Virus record (IMG/VR): IMGVR_UViG_3300045988_141012
DNA length: 64,000 nt
Reading direction: 5' to 3' (one strand)
Source of the DNA: a virus
Both the position numbers and the translations under genes were made by a program. Below the pieces are notes generated by a model. That model did not search any database. It was not told the origin of the DNA and was given only the letters and a program-made list of their open reading frames with translations. The number at the start of each line of letters is the position of its first letter. The stretch's first letter is position 1. Shown piece after piece: positions 15,266 to 23,672 of this stretch.

Positions 15266-17587
15266 ATGAAACGATTCTTTGAATTGGCTGATGAAGCTAC
15301 TTCAAAGAACATGGAATCTGTTATTACGCAACAAGAAATGGTTGCTGATAATATGAGAAGTGCTATCGCTGCACTTAAAGAAAAAGAAGAAGTAGCTATG
15401 AAGCTTATGCAAGATGCTCCTACTGCTACTTTGGCTAAAAAGGCACAAGAAACTTTAAGTGATATTCGTGAAAATATTCAAGATGTAGAGTCTGATTTTG
15501 TGGACGTAATGGAAAAGGTTACGGAGCAAAAAGTTCAAAATATTCAAAATCAAGATAGTAGATATACTCGTGAAATCGGCAACTTAGAATATGATGAAAA
15601 TATTCTTACAAATCGTTATGGTAGAACAGAAAATCAGTATGAGAAAGCACAACTTTCAAACGATATTCTTGAAAACTATAATAAACAGCTTGAGTTCCAA
15701 ACTATGCGAAAGAACGAAGCTCATCAAGGCGTTCTGGATATGTATAACACGAATAAGGCTGATGAACGATTTATTTTACAGAATGTCAAATTTGATGAGT
15801 TGTTCAACGCCGATGGTAGTATAAATGAATATGCTCATGAAGCAGCAAAAGCTGTATTGGAGAATATGGAGAATGGTTCTCAGTATGTGCAAACTTTTGA
15901 GGGTATGCTTACCCAAAGACAAGAATATACTCAAAATTGGCTTGATGCTGTTTCACAAGAACGCGATTTAATGGATAAAATTGCAGACCAGCAAATAGAA
16001 GATGCTACTAATAAGATTAAAATCGCTACGGACAATTATGAGATGATTAACAAAATCTTAGATGTTCGTTTGAACAAAGAGAAAGCTATTACTTCTGCAT
16101 TGCAAGAACAGTATTCATTCCAACAATCATTGAGAGATGCTGCTTTGGATTATCAAAGTGAACTTATTGCAAATAAAAATCTTTCTCAATGGTTAGATGA
16201 TGATACAAGAGCGTTGTTGTTTAATGAGAATGACTATTCTGATATGATGAATACTATTAATGGCTTGAATGATGAAATGTCGAGAGCCTATAAGAAGTAT
16301 AAGTCAGATATTAATAAGTTAGGCAAAGACGATTACTATCAAGAACAACAGATTACTAATGCTTATAATCGCCGTGTTGAACAGTTGAAAGAGCAATTAG
16401 AAGTAGCAAAGCAAAATCTTGAAGTCACAAAGAAAAATGCTGAATTCCAAAACACTTTAAAAGAACGTGATACTCGTATTCTTGTCGGCGACAGATGGGT
16501 AAATGTTGCTGATCCTGAAAAACTGTATAATACTCAGTTAGAGGCTACTAAGGCTACAATGGCTCGTGACAATCTTATTCAAGATAACGTTGAGAATGAG
16601 AATGTTCGTAAAATGGAAGAACAGAGTGATAAGACTCAAGAAATCATTTCAGCAAATCAACAATATATTGACACATTGTCAAATATAAACGGAGAAGAAG
16701 CAGTTCGTCACGCTGAAACAATGGAATCTCTTGAGGCTCTTATTGCTACGAATAACGCATTAAATGGCAATAGTATTAAGTGGGCTAATATATTCGAAAA
16801 TTCCGATAAATCTATTTATAGTCAATTGGCAGGTTTCAGCGACATTGAACTTGGAGATAATTTCTCATATAATACTGATTATGCAAACAATCAAAGTGTT
16901 GTTGACTTTTTGCATAAAGCAGGTATTTATTCAGATGAAGCCTATAATGCTATAAGCAAAATGAATGAAACTCATGTAAACAGTAAGGTTACTACTGATA
17001 ACAATAGTCTTCAATATTCACAACGTTTTGACCATGGTGGACTTGAATCAGAAATGACTTTAGGTAAAAATGGAGATAAAAAACTTGCACAGTATAGAGA
17101 AGATAATGCTCCTGTTGAAGACCCTACTGAGAAAGTACAAGAATACCTTGATTTACAAAATAAACAGAACGGACTATTAACGCCATCTCAACGTAAAGAA
17201 CTGCAAAAATGGGAGGCACTTGTCAATCAAGAAAGGGCAAACAATAGACTTTATTATGATACTCCTATAAATTATTCGGGTTTATCTGAATTCGGAGATC
17301 GTTTTGAACCGGTTACTTTACAAGGCATGGTTGCAAGTTCAAATTTTGAGAATATTATGACTAAAATGATGGAATATTATGCAAGTCCTATGGCAATGCC
17401 TGATTTAATTCCGCAATCTCCTCAACAAATGCCTGCAACTAACAATTCAACGTCGACGACTGAAAGCATTACGTTTACGGGCGATATAAATGTGACTGAC
17501 CCTGTTCCAGACGCAAATGCTTTTGTAGATTCTTTGACAGACAAAGTTAAATCACAATATCCAATTATAAAGAACACGAAAATATAA
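15266..17587 (+). CDS. Tail tape measure protein, segment 3 (C-terminal part); frame open upstream to 15152
   Basis: Coiled-coil sequence continues the segment 2 style. The C-terminus ITFTGDINVTDPVPDANAFVDSLTDKVKSQ is TMP-tail-like. The ATG at 15266 has GGAG 5 nt upstream, so independent initiation is also possible. Confidence 0.8.
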   Translation: MKRFFELADEATSKNMESVITQQEMVADNMRSAIAALKEKEEVAMKLMQDAPTATLAKKAQETLSDIRENIQDVESDFVDVMEKVTEQKVQNIQNQDSRYTREIGNLEYDENILTNRYGRTENQYEKAQLSNDILENYNKQLEFQTMRKNEAHQGVLDMYNTNKADERFILQNVKFDELFNADGSINEYAHEAAKAVLENMENGSQYVQTFEGMLTQRQEYTQNWLDAVSQERDLMDKIADQQIEDATNKIKIATDNYEMINKILDVRLNKEKAITSALQEQYSFQQSLRDAALDYQSELIANKNLSQWLDDDTRALLFNENDYSDMMNTINGLNDEMSRAYKKYKSDINKLGKDDYYQEQQITNAYNRRVEQLKEQLEVAKQNLEVTKKNAEFQNTLKERDTRILVGDRWVNVADPEKLYNTQLEATKATMARDNLIQDNVENENVRKMEEQSDKTQEIISANQQYIDTLSNINGEEAVRHAETMESLEALIATNNALNGNSIKWANIFENSDKSIYSQLAGFSDIELGDNFSYNTDYANNQSVVDFLHKAGIYSDEAYNAISKMNETHVNSKVTTDNNSLQYSQRFDHGGLESEMTLGKNGDKKLAQYREDNAPVEDPTEKVQEYLDLQNKQNGLLTPSQRKELQKWEALVNQERANNRLYYDTPINYSGLSEFGDRFEPVTLQGMVASSNFENIMTKMMEYYASPMAMPDLIPQSPQQMPATNNSTSTTESITFTGDINVTDPVPDANAFVDSLTDKVKSQYPIIKNTKI

Positions 17588-17596
17588 GTTATAAGT

Positions 17597-17645
17597 TAGA
17601 TGGTTGCTCCCTTTTTGGGAGTGACTGTCTAATGCTGTTTTTTTA
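17597..17645 (+). terminator. Probable terminator after the TMP gene
   Basis: A long imperfect hairpin centred on CTCCC-TTTTT-GGGAG is followed by GCTGTTTTTTTATT. Confidence 0.5.
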
Positions 17646-17677
17646 TTGGTTGAATCAAGGAATTTCGTGGATTGGTA

Positions 17678-17706
17678 TTGATTTTTTGAAAAAAATCGGT
17701 TATAAT
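17678..17706 (+). promoter_or_regulatory. Sigma-A type promoter (TTGATT-17-TATAAT) for the GNAT moron
   Basis: TTGATT at 17678-83 and TATAAT at 17701-06. The downstream leader contains the 14-nt perfect palindrome CGATTATATAATCG. Confidence 0.55.
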
Positions 17707-17848
17707 AGTAATAGAAATTTTATGCGATTATATAATCGAAATGAATAAAAGTATAGTGATTATAACTTGCGTTGAAATGCATATAATATTATTAAATAAA
17801 TGTTTTTGAAAGATATAGTTCAAATTATTTATAAAAGGAGGAATTGTC

Positions 17849-18022
17849 ATGGGAGTATATGCTATAAAGAGTGAAAAGCCAATAGTTACAACCAAACCAC
17901 TAGTAAGAAATACGGTCAATCAAGATTATATGAATTGGGTAAATTATATGAACACTCATGATTTTACCTTCAAGATAGACGGAGATAATAATTTAAAAGT
18001 TAAGGCAACAAAGAATAAATAG
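17849..18022 (+). CDS. Small protein (57 aa) upstream of the GNAT gene; possible antitoxin/partner
   Basis: AAAAGGAGG RBS + ATG. It encodes MGVYAIKSEKPIVTTKPLVRNTVNQDYMNWVNYMNTHDFTFKIDGDNNLKVKATKNK and stops 3 nt before the GNAT ATG. It falls below the ORF-track length cut-off. No RHH/DUF1778 signature was recognised. Confidence 0.55.
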   Translation: MGVYAIKSEKPIVTTKPLVRNTVNQDYMNWVNYMNTHDFTFKIDGDNNLKVKATKNK

Positions 18023-18025
18023 TTT

Positions 18026-18580
18026 ATGAATCAAATAGAAAAATATACAAATGAATTACGTCCATTATCCTTCAAGTTTTCTTCTGGCAATATCGCCATT
18101 GATAATTTTCTGTCAAGTGATGATGCTCTTGATAGGACAATAGGAATTACTTATGTATTATTGGATGAAGAAAGAACTCGAATTATTGGTTATTTTAATA
18201 TCTCCGTTAGTCGTATTGATGAGAAAAGATTGCAGAATGGAGAAGCAACTTATCACCCATTAGGTGGTGCAGCAAAAATTAATTATTTAGCTGTAGATTC
18301 AGAATTTCAACATCAGCTTTTATATCAAACAAATAACGGAGATAAAAAATATATCGGAGATTATTTATTGGGTCAATGCGAACAAAAAATATGGGATATA
18401 CATAATGACATAGGAATAGCTTTCATATATCTTTCATCCACAAAAGAAGGTTATCATATGTATCGCGATCGTAATTTTTATGAAGATTTAGAAGATGATA
18501 TGAATGTTGCAAAAAATGACAAAGACTTAACTTGCAAGGATTTATATAAATATATTGATGACTTATATTCTTATAACTAA
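18026..18580 (+). CDS. GNAT-family acetyltransferase resembling TacT/AtaT/KacT-type toxins
   Basis: FSSGNIAIDNFLSSDDAL...TYVLLDEERTRIIGYFNISVSRI...INYLAVDSEFQHQ parallels the FDCG..LD.FL...TYV....V.GYY.L....I...L.RLAVD..YQG pattern of GNAT toxins. Confidence 0.7.
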   Translation: MNQIEKYTNELRPLSFKFSSGNIAIDNFLSSDDALDRTIGITYVLLDEERTRIIGYFNISVSRIDEKRLQNGEATYHPLGGAAKINYLAVDSEFQHQLLYQTNNGDKKYIGDYLLGQCEQKIWDIHNDIGIAFIYLSSTKEGYHMYRDRNFYEDLEDDMNVAKNDKDLTCKDLYKYIDDLYSYN

Positions 18581-18603
18581 AAACAATACAAACCACTAAT
18601 AAA

Positions 18604-18635
18604 CAGTTGCGTTATATTACGTAGCTGTTTTTTTA
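18604..18635 (+). terminator. Intrinsic terminator after the GNAT gene
   Basis: Stem CAGTTGCG/CGTAGCTG (two G.U pairs) followed by TTTTTTT. Confidence 0.65.
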
Positions 18636-18662
18636 TTGCAAAAATTTAAGGAGGTGAAACAT

Positions 18663-20534
18663 TTGCTTAGAAAACCAGCATTGCAATATCCACACGCAGA
18701 GGTTGTAAATCCAAATGAAGAAGTTGATTTTCAATGTGAATTACAATCAAGTGGAAAGATTGCAAAAGCACGATTAATGATAGATGACAACAATTATGAA
18801 TATTACTTTGATAATTTTGATATACAAAATTTGCAAGAAAATAATTATAGTTCGTTGGTTACATACCCTATTAAGAATAACATTCCAACATATAAGATAT
18901 ACAAATCGGACAGCAATAGAACAAGTGATGAAACCACGTTTTCATTCGCTGCCGGTGAAATGTATACTTGGAAGATGAGAATATATGAGGACGATACCAA
19001 GTCTAATTATGTGCCGTCTTCTTGGATTGGTAAAGGTACTGTTATGGAAACGTATCAATATGATTCTAATAGTCATGCTCCCATAGGAATTAGCACCAGT
19101 GAAATAATCGGCAACAAAATTATTCGTATCAACCCACATATACAAATGTATTTTAAAGATAGTATGGGGATTGGAACTGCTTTATACGAAAAATTTTGGA
19201 CAAGATATGATGATAACACTCGATATTATATTAAAGTTGGAAACAAATTTACTGAAATCAAAAATTATTATTATTTCTTACCAAAGCACGACAAAGGTGT
19301 AGGTTATGCCGGAGGAAAGGTAACTCACGTTAATAAAGATAGTGATTTAGATTCATATGGCGATCCAAAATTTGGTTATGCACTTATAGACGAAAAATTC
19401 AATGTTTCTGTCGGTGATACCTATACCATATACTGTAATTACATAGATACAGACCAATATTATTTCGACACAAACACACCTCCTGAGATTAATTTATATG
19501 AAAACTTTACAAGTGTAAATGGTGAAAATGTGACAAGAGAGATAAATTTATCTGAAAATACGCAACTTACTCCCTTATCATTATCATACAGTAATTTTCG
19601 TATTACTGGCGAATATTCACAAGCAGAAGGTGTAACAGTAAGTCATTATAGTTTTCTTTTAGAGGAACGTGAAACTGAAACAAAGTATTCAACTGTTGCT
19701 TATTCAAATAATATATATTCTACAATTATAAATTGGCAGTATGATAGATTTATAAGTGGTAATGAGTATAGATTGACATTATCTTTAACAGATAGTGTTG
19801 GTTTTACGTCTGAAAAAGTTATTTATCTTTCGACAGAATATAACTCTATTTCCTACCCTACCAACTTAAAGATTGAACCGTATAGGAAACATAATTCATT
19901 AATTGTAGATTTCAGTGAATTGCACTCAATTACCGAAACAGAAAAAATCAAGGACGGACATCGGTTTATTGCTTATAACGAAAACACTGATAAAGTTGAT
20001 ACTACTTTGGAGATTCCTAATAATTCGTGTCACGTTGACAAGGGAAACTATCTTGTTTATGATTTGATTGACGGTGAAAAAGATTTGTCATTCGGTACGA
20101 ATACCGTATATACAACATTCCGAGTTGACACTGATTATACCGGCAGAATATTTGAAGTGACAGATGATAATGGAATAATGACAACGTTAGACTGGGACGG
20201 TATTTATTTTAGAATATATGTTGGCACTGAAGATAATAATGGTGTGAGATTAGAACCATATTCTCCTTATGAAAATTGGAATAATAAAACCACTGAAGAA
20301 AAGGAACAAGCAATTAATGAAGCATTGATGAAAGAAGAAACGGATTATTCTATTCCTTACTTATATATGGACGGACAGATTAATTATGGAGACAGTTTGT
20401 ATTATCATACTGAAACTCCTATAAGTGAACAAACATGGCTTGTAATCGTAGATACGGAAGGAAAACGTGCATATTTTAAAAATATGTCTGATAAAAACAG
20501 TGAATTTGTAGAAAGAAAGTGGGGTACTTATTAA
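18663..20534 (+). CDS. Tail structural protein (distal tail/baseplate, position-based)
   Basis: AGGAGG (18649-54) + 8 nt + TTG. A large ORF immediately after the TMP block, coupled to the next gene by a TAATG overlap. Confidence 0.7.
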   Translation: MLRKPALQYPHAEVVNPNEEVDFQCELQSSGKIAKARLMIDDNNYEYYFDNFDIQNLQENNYSSLVTYPIKNNIPTYKIYKSDSNRTSDETTFSFAAGEMYTWKMRIYEDDTKSNYVPSSWIGKGTVMETYQYDSNSHAPIGISTSEIIGNKIIRINPHIQMYFKDSMGIGTALYEKFWTRYDDNTRYYIKVGNKFTEIKNYYYFLPKHDKGVGYAGGKVTHVNKDSDLDSYGDPKFGYALIDEKFNVSVGDTYTIYCNYIDTDQYYFDTNTPPEINLYENFTSVNGENVTREINLSENTQLTPLSLSYSNFRITGEYSQAEGVTVSHYSFLLEERETETKYSTVAYSNNIYSTIINWQYDRFISGNEYRLTLSLTDSVGFTSEKVIYLSTEYNSISYPTNLKIEPYRKHNSLIVDFSELHSITETEKIKDGHRFIAYNENTDKVDTTLEIPNNSCHVDKGNYLVYDLIDGEKDLSFGTNTVYTTFRVDTDYTGRIFEVTDDNGIMTTLDWDGIYFRIYVGTEDNNGVRLEPYSPYENWNNKTTEEKEQAINEALMKEETDYSIPYLYMDGQINYGDSLYYHTETPISEQTWLVIVDTEGKRAYFKNMSDKNSEFVERKWGTY

Positions 20535-21553
20535 TGGCAAAAGTAAAATTATTCGGCGGTGTAACGTACTGTGCTTTTGGCGTTGATGAAGGCTCACACT
20601 CACAAGAAATGATACAAACACCACCTACGCAAACATACGGTAATTATAATTGGAATACTGACACGAGAATGTTGTCAAACTTCAATGATAGTTTGTCGGG
20701 TAGTAATTTCGATGGCTCATATGAAAACATAGACCATTTTGAAGTATATAAAACACTTGGAGAATCAAATAGATTGCACAAGGTTTGTCAAACAGAAAAT
20801 TCTGCTCAACGTGTAATAGAAGATTTTACGGTTGGCGACTTATGTGATTACAAGTATAACATTTTTGCTGTTTGTAAAAATACGATGACAGTTAACGATA
20901 CGGAAGTTAATGTTGAAACCATCTCTCCTTTTGTGTCTGATAAGATTCAATTACATAGAGGTGTTATATCTGTTATAGGACTTGTTCCAACGGATAAAGA
21001 AAATACTTATACCATAGACGAAGATAACATATGGCAATTAGATATTAATGTTACTAATGACGGTTATACATTAAATACTGACAAGACGTTCTATCAAACA
21101 CAAAACGCATATGGCAAAGCCACCGGTGGTAATCGTAAACAAAGAACTATGTCTATTACAGGGTTGCTTGGCAAGATAGATTGTAGTAATGACAGTGAAT
21201 ATGTAGACACCTATGATGACATTATAAATTGGGAAAACTTCGTATCAAGTAATAGTCTTAAAATGCTCATAGATTTAAGAGGATTAATAACAATCGGCGA
21301 TACTGACGTTAATCCTACATTCCAATATGATACAAATGATAACCATGACGTGTCAGTAACCTTTACATTTAATCAGTTAAATGATATTGATACGGTTGAT
21401 GTGTTGGGTATGACATTGCCGATTAATCCATTGTATTATGAATATTTAGCGGATAGCGAAGGAGCTTTGTTGAAAGATACAGTTGAAGTTGATTCGAATA
21501 ATAAATATCACGAATACCTTGCTTCTCCCCTTTTGGACGGTGGTTTAATATGA
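20534..21553 (+). CDS. Tail/baseplate structural protein (position-based)
   Basis: ATG overlaps the upstream stop (TAATG). ORF track. Confidence 0.7.
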   Translation: MAKVKLFGGVTYCAFGVDEGSHSQEMIQTPPTQTYGNYNWNTDTRMLSNFNDSLSGSNFDGSYENIDHFEVYKTLGESNRLHKVCQTENSAQRVIEDFTVGDLCDYKYNIFAVCKNTMTVNDTEVNVETISPFVSDKIQLHRGVISVIGLVPTDKENTYTIDEDNIWQLDINVTNDGYTLNTDKTFYQTQNAYGKATGGNRKQRTMSITGLLGKIDCSNDSEYVDTYDDIINWENFVSSNSLKMLIDLRGLITIGDTDVNPTFQYDTNDNHDVSVTFTFNQLNDIDTVDVLGMTLPINPLYYEYLADSEGALLKDTVEVDSNNKYHEYLASPLLDGGLI

Positions 21554-22797
21554 ACATATATAAGAACGGATATGTAGTTGACAGTATCCATAATATTAAT
21601 ATTGCAAATATAACAAAACAGGTATATCTAAATTCGTTCAGCAAACTTGGGTTTGAGAGAATGCTCAAAGTGTTCAAAGCTGATATAGTTATACCTGTTT
21701 TTAGATTGTATTTGTTGGACGAAGATGAAAATATATCAATAGACGCAAGCGATGATTTAATGTCAGCGAGTTTAAGTATTACATATCAGACTGGTCAAAG
21801 ACGTACAATGACTATTACTCTTGCAAATATAGATAATAAGTGGAAGCCTAAGCCGATCAAGGGACTAATATGGACTGGAAGCAAATTCAGATTTGATTCT
21901 GGTATTGTTATTGGTGACACAATATATTGGAAACAACAAGGAGTATTTGTTTTTAAAGACCCTACATTATCAAGAGAAAATTCAAATCAAACAATCTCAT
22001 TATCATTATGTGATAAGTTTGGTTTATTTGATGGCAGTGTTTATGGAACGACAAGTTTAAAGACAATCATTCCTGTTGGTGTTCCAATGAAGAATGCTTT
22101 TACTTCTCTATTGGCAAGCGACAGAGGAAATGGCAAACCATTTGACCTAAAACCAATTATCTTCAATAGTGAATATACGGACGTTAATACATATTACACT
22201 ATCAAACAAGATGCCGGTACAAAAGTCAGTGAGATATTTACAAGTATGGGAGAAACCATTTCGTCTGATGTATATTATAATGAATTTGGCAATATGGTTG
22301 TTAGTTCTAATGTTAATGAGTTTATATCATCTAACTTTCCTGTTGTATATCGTTTTGAGGAAAATGACAAAGATATTGTGTCGGCAAATGTTGTTTATAA
22401 TACATCACAAGTCAGAAATAAAGTTGTTGTTAAAGGTGCTATTGCCAACGGTTATCAATTCAGTGCTATTGCCGAAAATAAGAATTTGAAATCAGACTAT
22501 TGTATTCAGTATAATGGCGAAATACCAGAAGTTATAAATGATAGTAAACTATATGCTGATTCATTGTGTATGTCACGAGCAATGTATGAATTGATTAATT
22601 TTAGTCGTGGTACGAAAACATTGAATTTATCTTGCACATATAATCCTATATTCGATGTAAACCAGTCTGTTATGGTCAATTATCCAAGCTTGGGTATTAA
22701 CAACGAAAACTATGTCATTGACTCTATTTCAATGAATATGGATAGTGGTGCAACTACATCTTTAACAATGACAAATATTAACGAGGTGATCTTCTAA
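21550..22797 (+). CDS. Baseplate/tail hub-like structural protein (position-based)
   Basis: 4-nt overlap with the upstream gene. ORF track. Confidence 0.7.
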   Translation: MNIYKNGYVVDSIHNINIANITKQVYLNSFSKLGFERMLKVFKADIVIPVFRLYLLDEDENISIDASDDLMSASLSITYQTGQRRTMTITLANIDNKWKPKPIKGLIWTGSKFRFDSGIVIGDTIYWKQQGVFVFKDPTLSRENSNQTISLSLCDKFGLFDGSVYGTTSLKTIIPVGVPMKNAFTSLLASDRGNGKPFDLKPIIFNSEYTDVNTYYTIKQDAGTKVSEIFTSMGETISSDVYYNEFGNMVVSSNVNEFISSNFPVVYRFEENDKDIVSANVVYNTSQVRNKVVVKGAIANGYQFSAIAENKNLKSDYCIQYNGEIPEVINDSKLYADSLCMSRAMYELINFSRGTKTLNLSCTYNPIFDVNQSVMVNYPSLGINNENYVIDSISMNMDSGATTSLTMTNINEVIF

Positions 22798-23165
22798 TGA
22801 ACAAAAAAGAAGAAAAAGAAGAAAAAATAGATTTTAATGATGAAACAGTTATTGCATATGTAAATATGATACGTCAAATTATCCAAAGTGAAGTTTCAAC
22901 ATATTTAAAAAATCAGAATATTGAAACATTTGAGGATTTAAAAGTGCAAAGCGTTTCTGATGACGGATTACACGCAACATTGAAAGATACGACTACAAAA
23001 GAAGTATATGAAAATATACCTAACTATACAAATATAAAAATCAAACCAAATGATTTTGTCCGAATGTATATTAGTAATCAAGGATTAAAAAAATATATTG
23101 GACAAACCTTTGGTTCAAGAACAGAATATCTATGTCAGATAGAAGACAAAGGCGGTGATAAGTAA
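22797..23165 (+). CDS. Small baseplate-associated protein (position-based)
   Basis: TAATG coupling on both sides. Confidence 0.65.
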   Translation: MNKKEEKEEKIDFNDETVIAYVNMIRQIIQSEVSTYLKNQNIETFEDLKVQSVSDDGLHATLKDTTTKEVYENIPNYTNIKIKPNDFVRMYISNQGLKKYIGQTFGSRTEYLCQIEDKGGDK

Positions 23166-23656
23166 TGGCAGATTTACATATTGACACAAGTAATGTCAAG
23201 TTAATGAGCGAGTTTAAAGACGCAGTTGAGGAATATGTAAATAAATATGTATCAAGTATTATACAAGGATTGCATGGAAAACAGACACTTACTCAAAAAG
23301 CTACTGCGAGTAGTCGTGACGCACAAAAAGAAATAATTCCTGTGTCTCTAACGATCAACGTTCCTTTAGTTAAACATTGGGGCGTATTGAACGTAAAAAG
23401 AGTTAACACTAACGATTCGTTATCTCAAGTTATTTTTTGGTGGGATAATGGTAATTTTAAATATAAAATATCGTACAATTCATTGCTTGCTTGTGATATG
23501 AATCGGTTTCAATTGCAAACTATCCAATATATAGATTCAATAGCATTTAATGAAGATGGAAACGAGTTGTCATTTAACATCATTAATGATGTCTATTCCA
23601 ACTCGACCACAAAAAGAGAAAACGGTAACTTTGAAGTTGATTATCATATTTGGTAG
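23165..23656 (+). CDS. Small baseplate-associated protein (position-based)
   Basis: TAATG coupling. ORF track. Confidence 0.65.
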   Translation: MADLHIDTSNVKLMSEFKDAVEEYVNKYVSSIIQGLHGKQTLTQKATASSRDAQKEIIPVSLTINVPLVKHWGVLNVKRVNTNDSLSQVIFWWDNGNFKYKISYNSLLACDMNRFQLQTIQYIDSIAFNEDGNELSFNIINDVYSNSTTKRENGNFEVDYHIW

Positions 23657-23672
23657 AAAGGACGGTGATTAG

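Noticed and set aside
17728-17919. 63-aa minus-strand ORF upstream of the GNAT gene
   Set aside because: It overlaps the promoter/leader and the well-signalled 57-aa + strand ORF. It is hydrophobic antisense-type sequence with no RBS.
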